From Adineta vaga (lineage: Eukaryota; Animalia; Rotifera): a stretch of 64,000 nucleotides of DNA. Below are positions 1-12,800 of this stretch, one piece after another. A program made the position numbers and the translations under genes. The DNA lies in assembly GCA_021613535.1 (NCBI GenBank), contig CP075496.1:13888001-13952000 (forward strand), written 5' to 3'. The notes under the pieces are model-generated. The model did no database searches and was not told the DNA's origin. It worked only from the letters and a program-made list of their open reading frames with translations. Each line of letters starts with the position of its first letter. The first letter of the stretch is position 1.

Positions 1-3000
1 GTTGACGAATCTTGTAAACGTATATAATCATTATTTAATGTTTCTTGTAATAATTCTTTGAGTAATGTTATATTTCTTGTACAAGTTAATGCCAGACCAA
101 AACGATTCTTTTCTACCTGATCATTCATTTGTCTGTATTGTTTTTGAATATATTTATAATCATCAATGGTACCATTTTTAATTCCTTGACAATAAACTGT
201 CGTACGATAATCTGGATTAATTGAATAACTTTTCGGATTTAAACGCCAATTTTGATATTGTAAAATTGCTTCGTTTGTACAAGGTTCGTAATCATTGGCA
301 CAAAGATCACTAATAACAAGTGATCGTAATTGACGAGATAAATAATCCGATGTATTTTCTCCAATTGTCCAACCAAGAAGATGATAAACAGGTTCTTCAA
401 CTGTACGAATATATTGTTGTAATTGTTTATATTCGTTACTATTTTCATTTTGTCCAAACATGATTATGGCATGTTGAATATTAGTTGAAAAAGCTGAAAA
501 TGGAATAAAATTCAATTCTTGTGAAAGATATGTGCATAAACTTAATGGGATTGTAATATTTAAATCTCGTGAACGTGCTAAACTAAATGCATCATCGATT
601 AATTGTGCACGTGAAACAACAGGAAATTGTGAATAATTCGATTTTAAACCAGAAATAATTAAATTCCAATTGTCATTATCATAATTAACACGATAGAAAC
701 CAAATTCATTGATATTAAATATAATCCAATCAGAATTCGAGCCAATTTCATTTAGTTGATCTGTTCGATTCGGTGGTAACCATTGTATTGTTGATAATTT
801 CGAATGAATTAGATAATCATATGGAATATACCATTGAAATTCTAAAGGTTTAAATGGATTGATATAATTCGAGATTTGGCTTTGATTATTAGGATCAAGA
901 AGAAAACGTTTTTGATTCAATGTTAACGAATGATTTTGATAATTTCGTGTTACCATTAGAACAGGATAACCTTCTTGTAATGTCCATGTATCCATAATTT
1001 GTTTTATTGTATAACCAGCTAATCTTGTTGGATTAGTTACATTAGTTAAAAATGACCATAATTCATCTTGAACAGCATTACTATATTTAAAATGATCTAA
1101 ATAATTACTAATTCCATGAAAAAAGGTTGTTTCATTAAGAACTGTATAAATCATTCGAAGAATTGATCCACCTTTGTCATCTATTCGAATTATAGAAAAG
1201 AATTTTACTATAGAAAGAAAATTAAACTTAAATAATTACAAGATATTGTATCGAATATTGAATTGATTTCATCGGGATGTGTGACATCTACACTTATTGG
1301 ATGACTTGTATAAAGACTATCCATGACAAGAACACGTTGAACAGTTGCTAATCAGAGAAAAAGAAATGAAAATTTTTGAAAAACAAAAAAGATTTCCAAA
1401 TCATTTTACTTGTAACAAAAACACTCAATGCTTGAAATTCTGGACTGACATGATTAAGACCAAGAATTTCCACCCATGATGCAAAACCTTCATTTAACCT
1501 AAAAAAAAATCAACCTCAAAAATTCGCTTAAAACGTTCTTCCTCTTCTTCTTCTTCTTCTTCTTTGTCAATTACCAAATATCATTCCACCATTTTGGTGT
1601 AACTATATTTCCAAACCATTGATGTGCAACTTCATGTGAAACAACTTGACCAACACGAAGTTTATTTGCTAAATTTCCTGTTTCAGTATTATAAAGTAAT
1701 GCTGTTTCACGATAAGTAATCATTCCCCAATTTTCCATCGCTCCTAAAACTTAATATTTTGTTTCAACATTTTCAATTGTTCGTAACTTACCGGCGGAAA
1801 AGTCTGGTATTGCAAAATGATCACATTTACTCAATGGATAAGGTAAATTGTATGATTGTTCAAAATAATTAATAACATTTGTACCGACAAATAAAGCGAA
1901 ATCTCCTTCACCTTTACTCATCGCTTCTGGACGTCCGCAAACACTTACACGAATCTTATTAGCTGAAATATTAGATATACATTGAAAATCTGTTAGAACA
2001 AAAGCAACGAGATATGTTGACATGGGAGGTGTTTGTTCAAAACGTGAAATTAATCGACCATTAGGAAGAATTTCCGGTTGATTATTGTTTAACATTTGAC
2101 CGTTCGAACGAACGACAGTAAAACTTGGATCATGTGTTATTGATATTGTAAAATTTGCTTTGAATAAAGGTTCATCAAAACATGGAAATACACGACGAGC
2201 AATCGTTGGCTAAAAGCATCAGCAGAAAACAGATAAACATTTTTGTTCTTTTCAATTTCATTACCTGCATATGTGTCGTACCAATGTTATGTGTAATAAT
2301 TTGTCCCGTATTTGGATTTGTAACATTATATCTACTTAGATAAAATCCAGCCATTTCTCGATCTAAATCCGAAGTATATTCGGATTGAAATTCATATTCT
2401 TGATCTTTTATACATCGTTCTCTTAAACGACATATAATTGTTTCTGATGCTGTAATACTTGTCCAATCACTAATTAGATTATTTATTGTTCCTAAACGTT
2501 TTAAAATCACATAAGATAAACGTAATTGTTTCGTATGAATACGAAGTTCATTCGTTGAACGTGCACAACGCATTCTTATTTGTGTAAAACCCGAAAATCT
2601 CGTGTCAGGTTCAGCATTATTTGGATAAGTTGAACGAAGTTTAACATCAAAATCGATTTTATATGTTAAAGGAAACCAATCTAATGGTAAACGAATAGCT
2701 GCAGTTCGATTTAAAAACCAGATTTCTAAATTTGGTTTCGATTTTGTAACCCATTGTATATTTGCACGAATTCGTTCGATTGATGCTTTAAATTCTACTT
2801 CCACTGCACCCTATTCAAAAGAATAAAACAATTTGAAAAAGAAAAAATGAATTTATTTCAATTTACTTTCTCATTAATTTGTTCAGCAAATCGTTCAAAT
2901 TCTTCCAATTGTGTTAAAGTATTGAATCTACCTGTTACATCTTTAATTAATTCAGCAAAATTTAATGATCTACCATAATCACGAAATAATTGTGTCCATC

Positions 3001-6000
3001 TTGCACGTAAAAATGTCCAACATTCTATTTCTGCTATTAAATTTCGACATATCGAACGAATTCCACTGAGAACATCTTGTCGATGAATAATATTTCGTTC
3101 CGAATGAATATGTATATCGAGTAAATGTCGAATTAATTCAATATCTCTTGTACATGTTAAAGCTGTTTGTATTCGTGCTTTTTCTTGTGGATCATTCGAT
3201 GATTGATATTCTCGTAAAAGAAATTGAAATCGTGCTCGATCACCTAATCGAATACTTGTACAATAAACGACTCGTCGTTGATTTGCCTCAATTGTATTAT
3301 TTGATGGAGAATTAAACCATTCTTCAAATAAATTCTGTGCACGTTGTATACAATGATCAAGATCATATTGACATGCAGTTGAAATAATTATATCACGATG
3401 AAGTGTATCGAGCCATTTATCTTTCAATGGATTATCTACCCAACCAAGTTTATTGTAAATGGGTAGAACAAGATCGACCATATATGAACGAAAACGTTCG
3501 TAAAGATAAAAACCTGGACTATTTGGTGCAATCATTTGTTCCATATATTGAAGACCGGAAAGAATACGTTCCCAAACAATGTATGATTCTTCGGAATGAC
3601 TGTATTCGAGTAAATCGAACACAAGTGATGCAGGAAGAATGTCTAGAACAAAAAGTTTCAAATGTTTAATATTCAATTCGAAAATTCTATGAAGAAATTT
3701 TACTTGCACGTGCTAAATTAAGTGCATCATCAACAAGACCAGCACGTTCAACAATGGAGAATGTATGATGATCGATTTTTAATTGTTGAATAAGTTTAAT
3801 CCAATTCTCTCGGTCATAATTTGTTCGAAAGAATCCTAATAAGTCTGGATTGATTAAAATCCATTCATTCGATTGTACATCAATTGATATTGTTCGATGT
3901 TTTTCCGAAAACCATATGATATTATGTGATAAACTTGTTAATGATTTGATTTTTACTGGAATTGACCATTGATAATTATGTGGAGATTTGAATGGTTGAG
4001 CTTCAGCATCGAATAGAAATTGATGTTGAGTAATATCAATTGTATTTTGTTCATAATTACGAATGATTTCAACGTAAGGATAACCCATTTGATCAGTCCA
4101 TGTACTCATTATATCAGCTAAACTTGTATTCAGAGGTAATTCAATATGATCTTCAAGCATTTGTTCACCTAAAGTTTCCCATAGATCTTTTTGTGTCGCC
4201 GTCGAATATAAATGTTTCGATAGATATTTTGATATTCCACGATTAAATGTTTTATTTCCCATAAAATTTCTCATCATACGTAATATAGATGAACCTTTGG
4301 AATATGTTATTGAATCAAATATACCTGTTAATTGATTATTATGTGTAATTTTCATATTAATTGGATGTGAAAATGAAATAGCATCATTTTGCATAACGGC
4401 TAACCAACGTTTTGCAATAAATTGTTCATATAAATTCCATTCCGGATGAATTTTATCTGTACTAACAAATTCCATCCATTTAGCAAAACCTTCATTTAAC
4501 CATAAATCATTCCACCAAGCTGGTGAAACAAGATCACCAAACCATTGATGTGCTAACTAAAAAAAATCTCAATATAAAATTATACAAAACAAAAAAAGAA
4601 CTATGTCGATTATACTTCATGAGCAACAACTAAAGCAACTTCTTGTTTATTCGATGAAGTTGATGTACGATTATTATAAAATAAACGTGTTTCACGATAG
4701 ATAATACAACCAAAATTTTCCATTGCACCTATGTTAACAGAAGAAAAACTTTCGTTTGTCAACAAGTGTTTTCTCTTACCGGCATCAAAATCTGGTACAG
4801 CAATATGATCAACTTTAGCCAGAGGATAATTCACTTGATATTGTTCTTCGAAATCTTTGAGATTTTTCGTTGCAACTTCTAATGCATAGTACAAATGATT
4901 TCTTTTCTCTGGTTGAGCACAAACACTTGTTGTTATATTTCGATATCGACCTGTATTTTTTTCCGTTAAACAATCGAAATCTGCGACAACAAGTGCTAAT
5001 AGATAAGAACTCATTGGTACAGATTTTTGAAATGTTGTTTTCATCCATCCATTAAAAAGATTTTCTGTTGATTGAATTGGCATATTACTCCACACACGAT
5101 ATTGTTGTTCATGTTCGACAATAATTGTAAATGTTGCTTTCAATGCTGGTTCATCAAAACAAGGTAAAGCTCGTCGGGCTGATATTGGTTCCATTTGTGA
5201 TGCAACTAAATAACGTCGAACTTTATCTTTAGGTCGTATATATGAACTTAAATAAAATCCAGCTGTATCATTTCTTAAATCTCCAATATACATTATTGTC
5301 AGAGAAAATTGTGTATGAATTGGTAATGTTTGATTAAAAATAATAGTAAAAAAATCACGTTCCTCATCGAATGTTGTTCGAATAATTGAAAATTTTGAAT
5401 TATCGATATGAAATGGAGGAACAACAGTTATATAACGTTTGTGTAAAACAATTCGATTCGTTGATTGAACAATGCGTATTTGAATTGTTACTTCACCTTC
5501 GAATATTGAATAACGTTGTGTAAAATCCGTTATATTTAAATAAGGTTTTATATAAAGATTATAATGAATCGGTATTGCAACTGTTGGTAAACGATGTGTT
5601 GTTACATCAGTTGCGAGATTGTCTGGACGAAGAAATGAAGTAATTGCTTGTAGATTAGCATGATTCCATTCAATAGCAGCATTGATTTTTTCAAGAGAAA
5701 GTTGAAATTGTCGATAAGCCGTACCTAATCATGTATAAAAAAGAAATCGAATAAAGAAAAATGTCATTTACCTTTATCAGTAATTGTATTTGCAAATGTA
5801 ATAAATTCTTCTTTTTGTCGATTAGTAACAAATCGACTTGAAACAGCTTCAATAATTCCTGATAAACTTGAAACTGATTTTCCCCATTTGGGAAAAATCT
5901 GTTCCCAATTATCGCGAATCCAATTCCACGCGATTTGATTACCATGTGATGAACGTGCAATACGTTGAATCGATGCCGCTAAATCTTGATCACGAATAAT

Positions 6001-8980
6001 TGGATTTGCTTTCAAATGTTGATTGAGAAACCAAAGAATTAAAGATGGATCTTGTGTACAAGCTAAACCATTTAATAGATTTAATGTTTCACTTGCGACA
6101 TTTTCTTGTATTAAACGTTCCCATAGGAAATTAAATTCTACTCGTGAACCTTCACGAACAATTGTACAATAGACAGTTGAACGAAGTGTTGCAGGTATTT
6201 GATTCAATGCAGGATTTGATAACCAACGTCGATAGGATTTCTTTGCTTCTTCAACACATTCTCGATGACCATAACGACAAGCCGATGATAAAATACTTGG
6301 TTGAAGTAGAGCACGTAACCATTCTTTCGATTGATCAATAGGTGCCCAACCAATTTTATTATATAATGGTAAAACAAGTCCAAGAAAATAACGTTGAACA
6401 TCAAGAAGAATTTCTTGTCCAGTTAATAAATCTTCTTGAAGTCTCATTGCAGAAAATGCCGCTGTCCATGGAACGAATTCATCTTCATCTTTTAAATAAC
6501 GAATTAATTCATAGGCATCACTTGTATTAACAATTGATGTACGAGATAATGCAAAGATATCATCAATCAGAGCACCGCGTGTTATCGTTGGAATACGCCT
6601 ATGACCACTTAGAAGTTGACTGATAATTAAACGAAAATTTCTTGAATCATATTTTGTACGATAAATACCAAGATAATCAGGATTGGCTAGAAGCCAATCA
6701 GAATCGGATGTTGTTATTGGTAAACGTGTGAAGGTGTCATTTAACCAAAGAACAGGATTTTCATTTAATTTCTATTAAAAACAAGGGATATTCTTTTTCT
6801 TTGCTTATTCAAAAAATTGACATGATAATGTCAGACAGAAAAGACATTTGCCCTTTTTAACTTTTTAATAAAGGTTATTAGGATCTGCTCTTTTGTCCTT
6901 AAATCTTAAATAAACAATTCTATCGAGGTAATTGAGAATGTCAGTGGGTCATATCATACATCTCTATCTATATATCTTACTTGTGTTGATGTTGAATCAA
7001 AATATTTGAATGGTATCCACCATTTTTCTTGTTTGGTTGTTGATGAAAATAAATTAAACGGTTTTTGTTGAATTGTAATGTAACTTGTTTTATTCGATCG
7101 TTGTTGTCGACGTAAAGGTGAAGCATATTCTCTATTAAGTTCAATAATTGGATAACCTGCTTGTTGTGTCCATCCATTCATAATTTTCTCTACATTAATT
7201 TTATTTTCAGCTGCATCACTTAAATATCTCCAAAGATCTTCTTGTGTTGCTGATGCATAACTTAAATTTCTCAAATAATTTTGAATACCTTTCTGAAAAA
7301 TATCTTCACCTAAAAACATTGACATCATACGAATTAATGTTGCACCTTTATCATATGTTATAGAATCAAATAATTGAAATATATCAGCAGGATTTGTTGA
7401 ACTTATACTTATTGGACGTGATGTTGGTAATGAATCAGCTTCCATAAATGGAAAAATCTTTTCAACTACAATTCGTTCATCTTGCATCCATGTTGGTTCA
7501 AGAGCATCCGATGCTAAAGTTTCCATATAACTAGCAAATCCTTCTTTTAACCATCTATATCAATAGGAAAATGTAGTCAAATATATTTCTTTGTTAAATA
7601 ACTTACAATTCACCCCACCATGCTGGTGAAACGAGATTTCCAAACCATTGATGTGCAACTTCATGTGCAACAACTGTTGTAATATATTGTTTTCGTGATG
7701 CTGAAACAGTTTTTTCATCAAAAAACAAACCAACTTCTCGATAAATAACTAAACCTACAATGAGAAAACAAAACTATCTTTGAATAAATCTCTTCTACGA
7801 AAGAAAAACAAAATTCATTTTCTTACCATAATTTTCCATTGCTCCAGCACCAAAATCTGGTACAGCAAAATGTTCTATTTTCGGTAGAGGATAAGTTATA
7901 TTAAAATAACGATTAAATAATTCTAATGATTTCGATGCAATTTCATCGGCATAAGCTAATTGTGGTAGAATATCAATTCTTCCACAAACTCGAGATTTAA
8001 TTTTCGTTATTCCAATAAGTCGATCAGGTCGACAATCGAAATCCGATTTCGGTGCAACAATTAACGCTAATAAAAATGTTGACATATTCAATGTCGGTGT
8101 AAAACGTGATAAAATTCTTCTATCTTTCAATCGTTCCGTCGATTGAATTTCTCCATTGGACCAAACACGTTCCGATGGATCATGAATAACATTTATATAA
8201 AAGATTGCTTTTCGTGCCGGTTCATCAATACATGGAAACATTGTTCGAGCATGTGTTGGTTCCATTTGTGATGTCATAAATGTTTTATTCATTCCATTTA
8301 TATCCATATATTTACTTATATAAAGACCATGTAATTCATGTGAAATATTTGCTGAATAAGTTAAATATAATGTATAAGTATGAGTTGGAAGAAATGATAA
8401 TGTAAATTTTAATTTAATTAATTCACTATAATGATCATATGTCCAACTTTTAATCAATGGTAATGGTGATGTTGTTGAATTAACGATTCTTATTGTTGAA
8501 TTATCTAAGAATAAATCTTTTAAATGAAGAATAACTTCATTCGTAGATTCAAGACATGTAAATGTATATAAAAGTGTACCTAAATGAGAAAATTATTCAA
8601 TTAGGAAATGCTGAATAAAAAAGAAAAATAAACAAACCAGTAAATGTTTCTGCTGTTATGTTTGGTGCAATTGTTAATCGGTAAACTTCTTGTTTTAAAT
8701 TCGTTGGAATACGTTCTACAGGTAATGCAATGGGTGTTGTTGTTTCAAATGGTTGTCTTGTTGTTGTTATTAAACTTGTTGAATTTGAATCATTCATTAT
8801 TCGTCGTTGTTTAACACCGAAATAGATTGTTAAAACTAATAGAATAATGAAGATAGCAATAATAAGAGATAGAATAATCCAAAAAAGATTCTTTTTCATT
8901 TGATATGTATTTTTTGTTGAGGATGATGAATGAGTCATTGGAGGATCTGTTATTGTTAAATCAAATGATTCGGAAACCAT
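1..8980 (-). CDS. Multi-exon type II membrane M1 (aminopeptidase N-like) metallopeptidase with >=3 tandem complete peptidase units in one ORF; 3' end lies beyond the window
   Basis: Single N-terminal signal-anchor ([25 protein letters not shown]) after ATG at 8980. Three sets of GAMEN / HE(V/L)AHQWFG / WL(K/N)EGFA / catalytic Tyr in Y(D/S)KG, each followed by an ERAP1-like C-terminal region. Unit junctions read through without a stop (..[41 protein letters not shown].. near 5700-5580; ..[38 protein letters not shown].. in ORF 2175-2804). ORF fragments join via GT-AG introns. Confidence 0.9.
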
Positions 8981-9843
8981 GATAATTAAAATTAAGTATT
9001 ATGTGAAGATAAATTTGTGGGAAAAATCGATTGAGATTACATAGAAAATTCGATTTTTCAACGGAATTTGTTCGATGTTGTTGATCTTCTAAATAGAAAT
9101 GAATTGTCAAGACTTTTCAAGAATGATTTGTATAGACAATTAGATTAGAAAAGACATAAGATGTTCACAAGCATTATTTTTTAATGGATTTCATCATCGT
9201 CGATGTTGTTGTTTTTATGAAACGAGAAGAAGAAGAAGAAGACTAGGCGTATATCGAACTAGACGTGTGTGTCCTTTTCATTAAGGGAGTAATCTTTTGA
9301 AAAAGGCAAAGAAAACTGATTGACTTCACTGTTCTTCTTTTGTCTTTCTCTAATCTTTCGAAGACAATGAATTGACATTCAAATACATATCTATAAAGGA
9401 ACTCTTTTTTTTCTTTCCTAAAACAAAAACGTCAGTAGGATATAAATGATGATAAACATCCTGATTTTTAATTTGAAATCGATCAAAACAACAAGATTTT
9501 TATCAACATACTTGAACTAGATTAAGATTTGTAAAGCGTTGAAATTGATGGGAAATATATATTTATCTGTATTGAAGAAGAATGATGATTATATCTTCGC
9601 TTATATTTCATTGAATAATAGCAAGAAACGTATGATGATACAATAATGTGTAACTCAACAAGAGATAACAATGTGTTCTTAGAAAAGGAGTCAATCTATC
9701 ATCACAGTAGGCAAAAGTAGTTGACAGCATTGATAGACAAGAGAAGACCAAGGAAAAACACATATCTCTCGTCAGAATATATTCTCCTATTCTATTGAAT
9801 AAGAACAAAAAAAAAGGTTTTTTATCTGTTTCTTCTTTTAAAG

Positions 9844-12800
9844 ATAACGGATCAAGCTCGTTTGAATTATGAAGAACAAAATCAATATAAAATTCGTGTT
9901 CAATTTTTCAATCAAACTCAGTTCATTGAAGAAGCATTTTTGATTGAAATTCAAGATATCAATGAATCACCTTATAATCTACAATGTTCCCGTATGCATA
10001 AGAAAATACAGGGGGGAAAAAGGAGAGAAAGAATTTCGTTTCTATTCTTTAGATCAAACAGGTTTTTGTACGGCAATAGATGATGATTTGAATCAAACAT
10101 TGAAATTTCATGCGAAAACTATTGAAAATTATCTAAATGAAACATATACGGAAATCATCTGTACTGATAATGGTCAACCACCTTTATCGGTAAAAGTTTC
10201 TATTTGATTTCTTTTCCCTAAAACTTCGTTTCTCTCTCTTTCTCTCTCTCTCAGATATCAACATGGATAAAAGTTTTATCTAATGAATTAAACTTAATAT
10301 TCGTTCCTGTTGTTCCTTTAATCATACCAATCATGGATGAGAATACAAACAGAGATAAACCAACAAGAGATGTAAGTAGACATATATTCTTAATGATCAT
10401 CAAGGAATTCTTTTACTTCATCGTCTTTTATCTTTAACCTTTCTTTTCCTCTGAAATGGAATGGAAATCTGATTAGAATCTTCTTGTTTGATCATGACAG
10501 AATGATAAAATTAACAGTTAATTTAGTTAACGAATCATTGTTTAGAATATTGTCATATCAGATTTCAATGATGGAGACAACACAGAACGTCATCGACGAC
10601 AAGTTAATTCTCCACCTCAAGTAAGCAACAAAGAGAAATATTCAAAAGATACACGAATTTGTGCGGTTTTTTTTTCTTCTTTTCTTCATAGGATATACAT
10701 TTCAATATGTTCGATTTAACTGTTCCAGAAAATGCACGAGATGTTGATATTGCCAGTGTTTATGTTATTGATGATGAAAATGATAATTATGTATGTAATG
10801 TTGATACTCATGATGCACCGAATGATAGACAACCATTTGCAATTGTCAATGGAATATTACGTACTTCAATATTTATACAGAATCAACGTGAGTTTTGAAA
10901 TTAAATCCAATGATAAACATCGAAATATTTCGTTCGTAGTTTATGATCTTGATTATGAAACAATGCCAGTTTATCATATAACAGTGATGTGTACTGATCC
11001 AATTCATCAGTTTACTATTAGTAAAAATTTTAGTATTGATATAAGTGATTTAAATGAAGCACCAGTTCAATTAAGAATCGAACCAAATACAGTAAGAAGA
11101 GAATTAATGTTGATTGGTTTTTGTTTTTTCTTCATGAAAATATTTTAGCTTCCAGAAAATTCACCTATCGGATATGTTATTGGTCGATTTCATACAACGG
11201 ATCCTGATTTATCTTCACTTAATCAATCATTTACATATTCAATTATAACAGATCCTAAACATAGTTTTCAAATCAATAATGATCAATTAATTGTAAGTAA
11301 ATGCCTCTTTATCTTCATTAAATCAAATCTTATTCATTAGTTAACACGTACCAATAATGTTGAAATGTGTATTGATCAACCGGATTTATGTCCACATGAT
11401 TATGAACAAATAAGTTCAGTATTAATTCGTATACATGTCGAAGATAATGGTATTCCACGTGAAGGACAAAAATTTTGGATACAAATTCCAATAACGGATG
11501 AAAATGATCCACCAATTGATTTACAATTAAATCAAAATACGGTGAGAGAAAATTCACCAAATGGAACATTGATTGGAACATTTTCCGTAAAAGATCAAGA
11601 TTTATATCAAGCACATACATTTATATTGCTCTTTCAAAGTTCATTGATACATAATGAAGAAGTATTTACAATTGAAGATAATAGTTTACGTTTAATTAAA
11701 TCACCAGATTATGAAAAAGAACAATCCTATCTTATTACTGTTCAAGCAATTGATAATGGAACGATACCATTAAGTGTAAGATGAACCGTTAGAATCTATC
11801 AGGAACCGTTTTTTCCTCTGTGAATTGTTTCTTTTTAGGTTACAAGTGATTTTCTTATTCAAATACTTGATGTCAATGAACTTCCGAAAACATATGCATT
11901 CATTTCAAATCTTGATGATATTATATCAAATAATACAATAAATGATTTATTAAACGATACAAAACAATCAGTTCGAACGATTTATTTATCAGAAAATGCC
12001 TATTTTCAATCGAAACTTGGACGTATTGTATTTTTAATGGAAGATCGTGATCGTGATTTGAATTTAAAAGGATCTGATGATTCAAATGAATTAAGTTTTT
12101 CTAAACCAACATGTGAATTTTTATCAACAATTTCATATCGTTCATTATGTACTTCGATTGTTACCATTGAAAATCATCAATCAATATTAAATGATAACAC
12201 ATCTCTCGGTTATATTATCAATACTCCATTAATCTTAACAAGTAATGCTCAAACATGGATATTTCCACGAAATTTACGAATTAAATTTGAAAATATTGTA
12301 AGTTAAATCTAATTAAGAAGAAACTATTCGATTACATTGTTTAGTCATTAACAATAAATGGTCAATTGACTGAATCAGTTGATATTCTTCGAACAAATTC
12401 AACTGGAAAGGAAATCGGTAAACTCAATGCAATTGATTTAGTAACAACGGAAAATTCTATCGAGAGTATTATACTAAATCCTGATAGAACTTTATCGTAT
12501 CCATTAGAATTGACAGATTCCAAGATGCTCAAAGTGAGTAGTTTTGTTTTTTCAATGATCAATTTCTCGAAGTGATAAAATAGATTCGTGATGATGTGAA
12601 TTTATCTTTACCGGATTCTCCACGGACATTCAATGTAAGTGTGTTAATAGCAATACGATATGAAGATGAAGACGAAAATCCAAACATTGAAAAATATTTC
12701 ATTGTAAATCTCAAAGAAAAAAGTGATTTTTTCCTTACATTATCAAATAATCAAGTAAAATGAAGAAAAAAAAAGTCAATGAATTCTATTCATATTCGAT

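Noticed and set aside
3403-3669. Antisense and alternate-frame ORFs overlapping real exons (e.g., 3403-3669, 16970-17518, 46394-46648)
   Set aside because: Shadow ORFs of the true coding frame with no independent protein features
4729-4779. Stop-free, 3n-length introns that make ORFs read through (also 17930-17980, 20424-20483, 47737-47793 splitting YTSG|TTG, 49464-49517)
   Set aside because: All have normal GT-AG ends and size. With dozens of ~55-nt introns, a handful of stop-free 3n cases is roughly expected by chance. No evidence for regulated retention.
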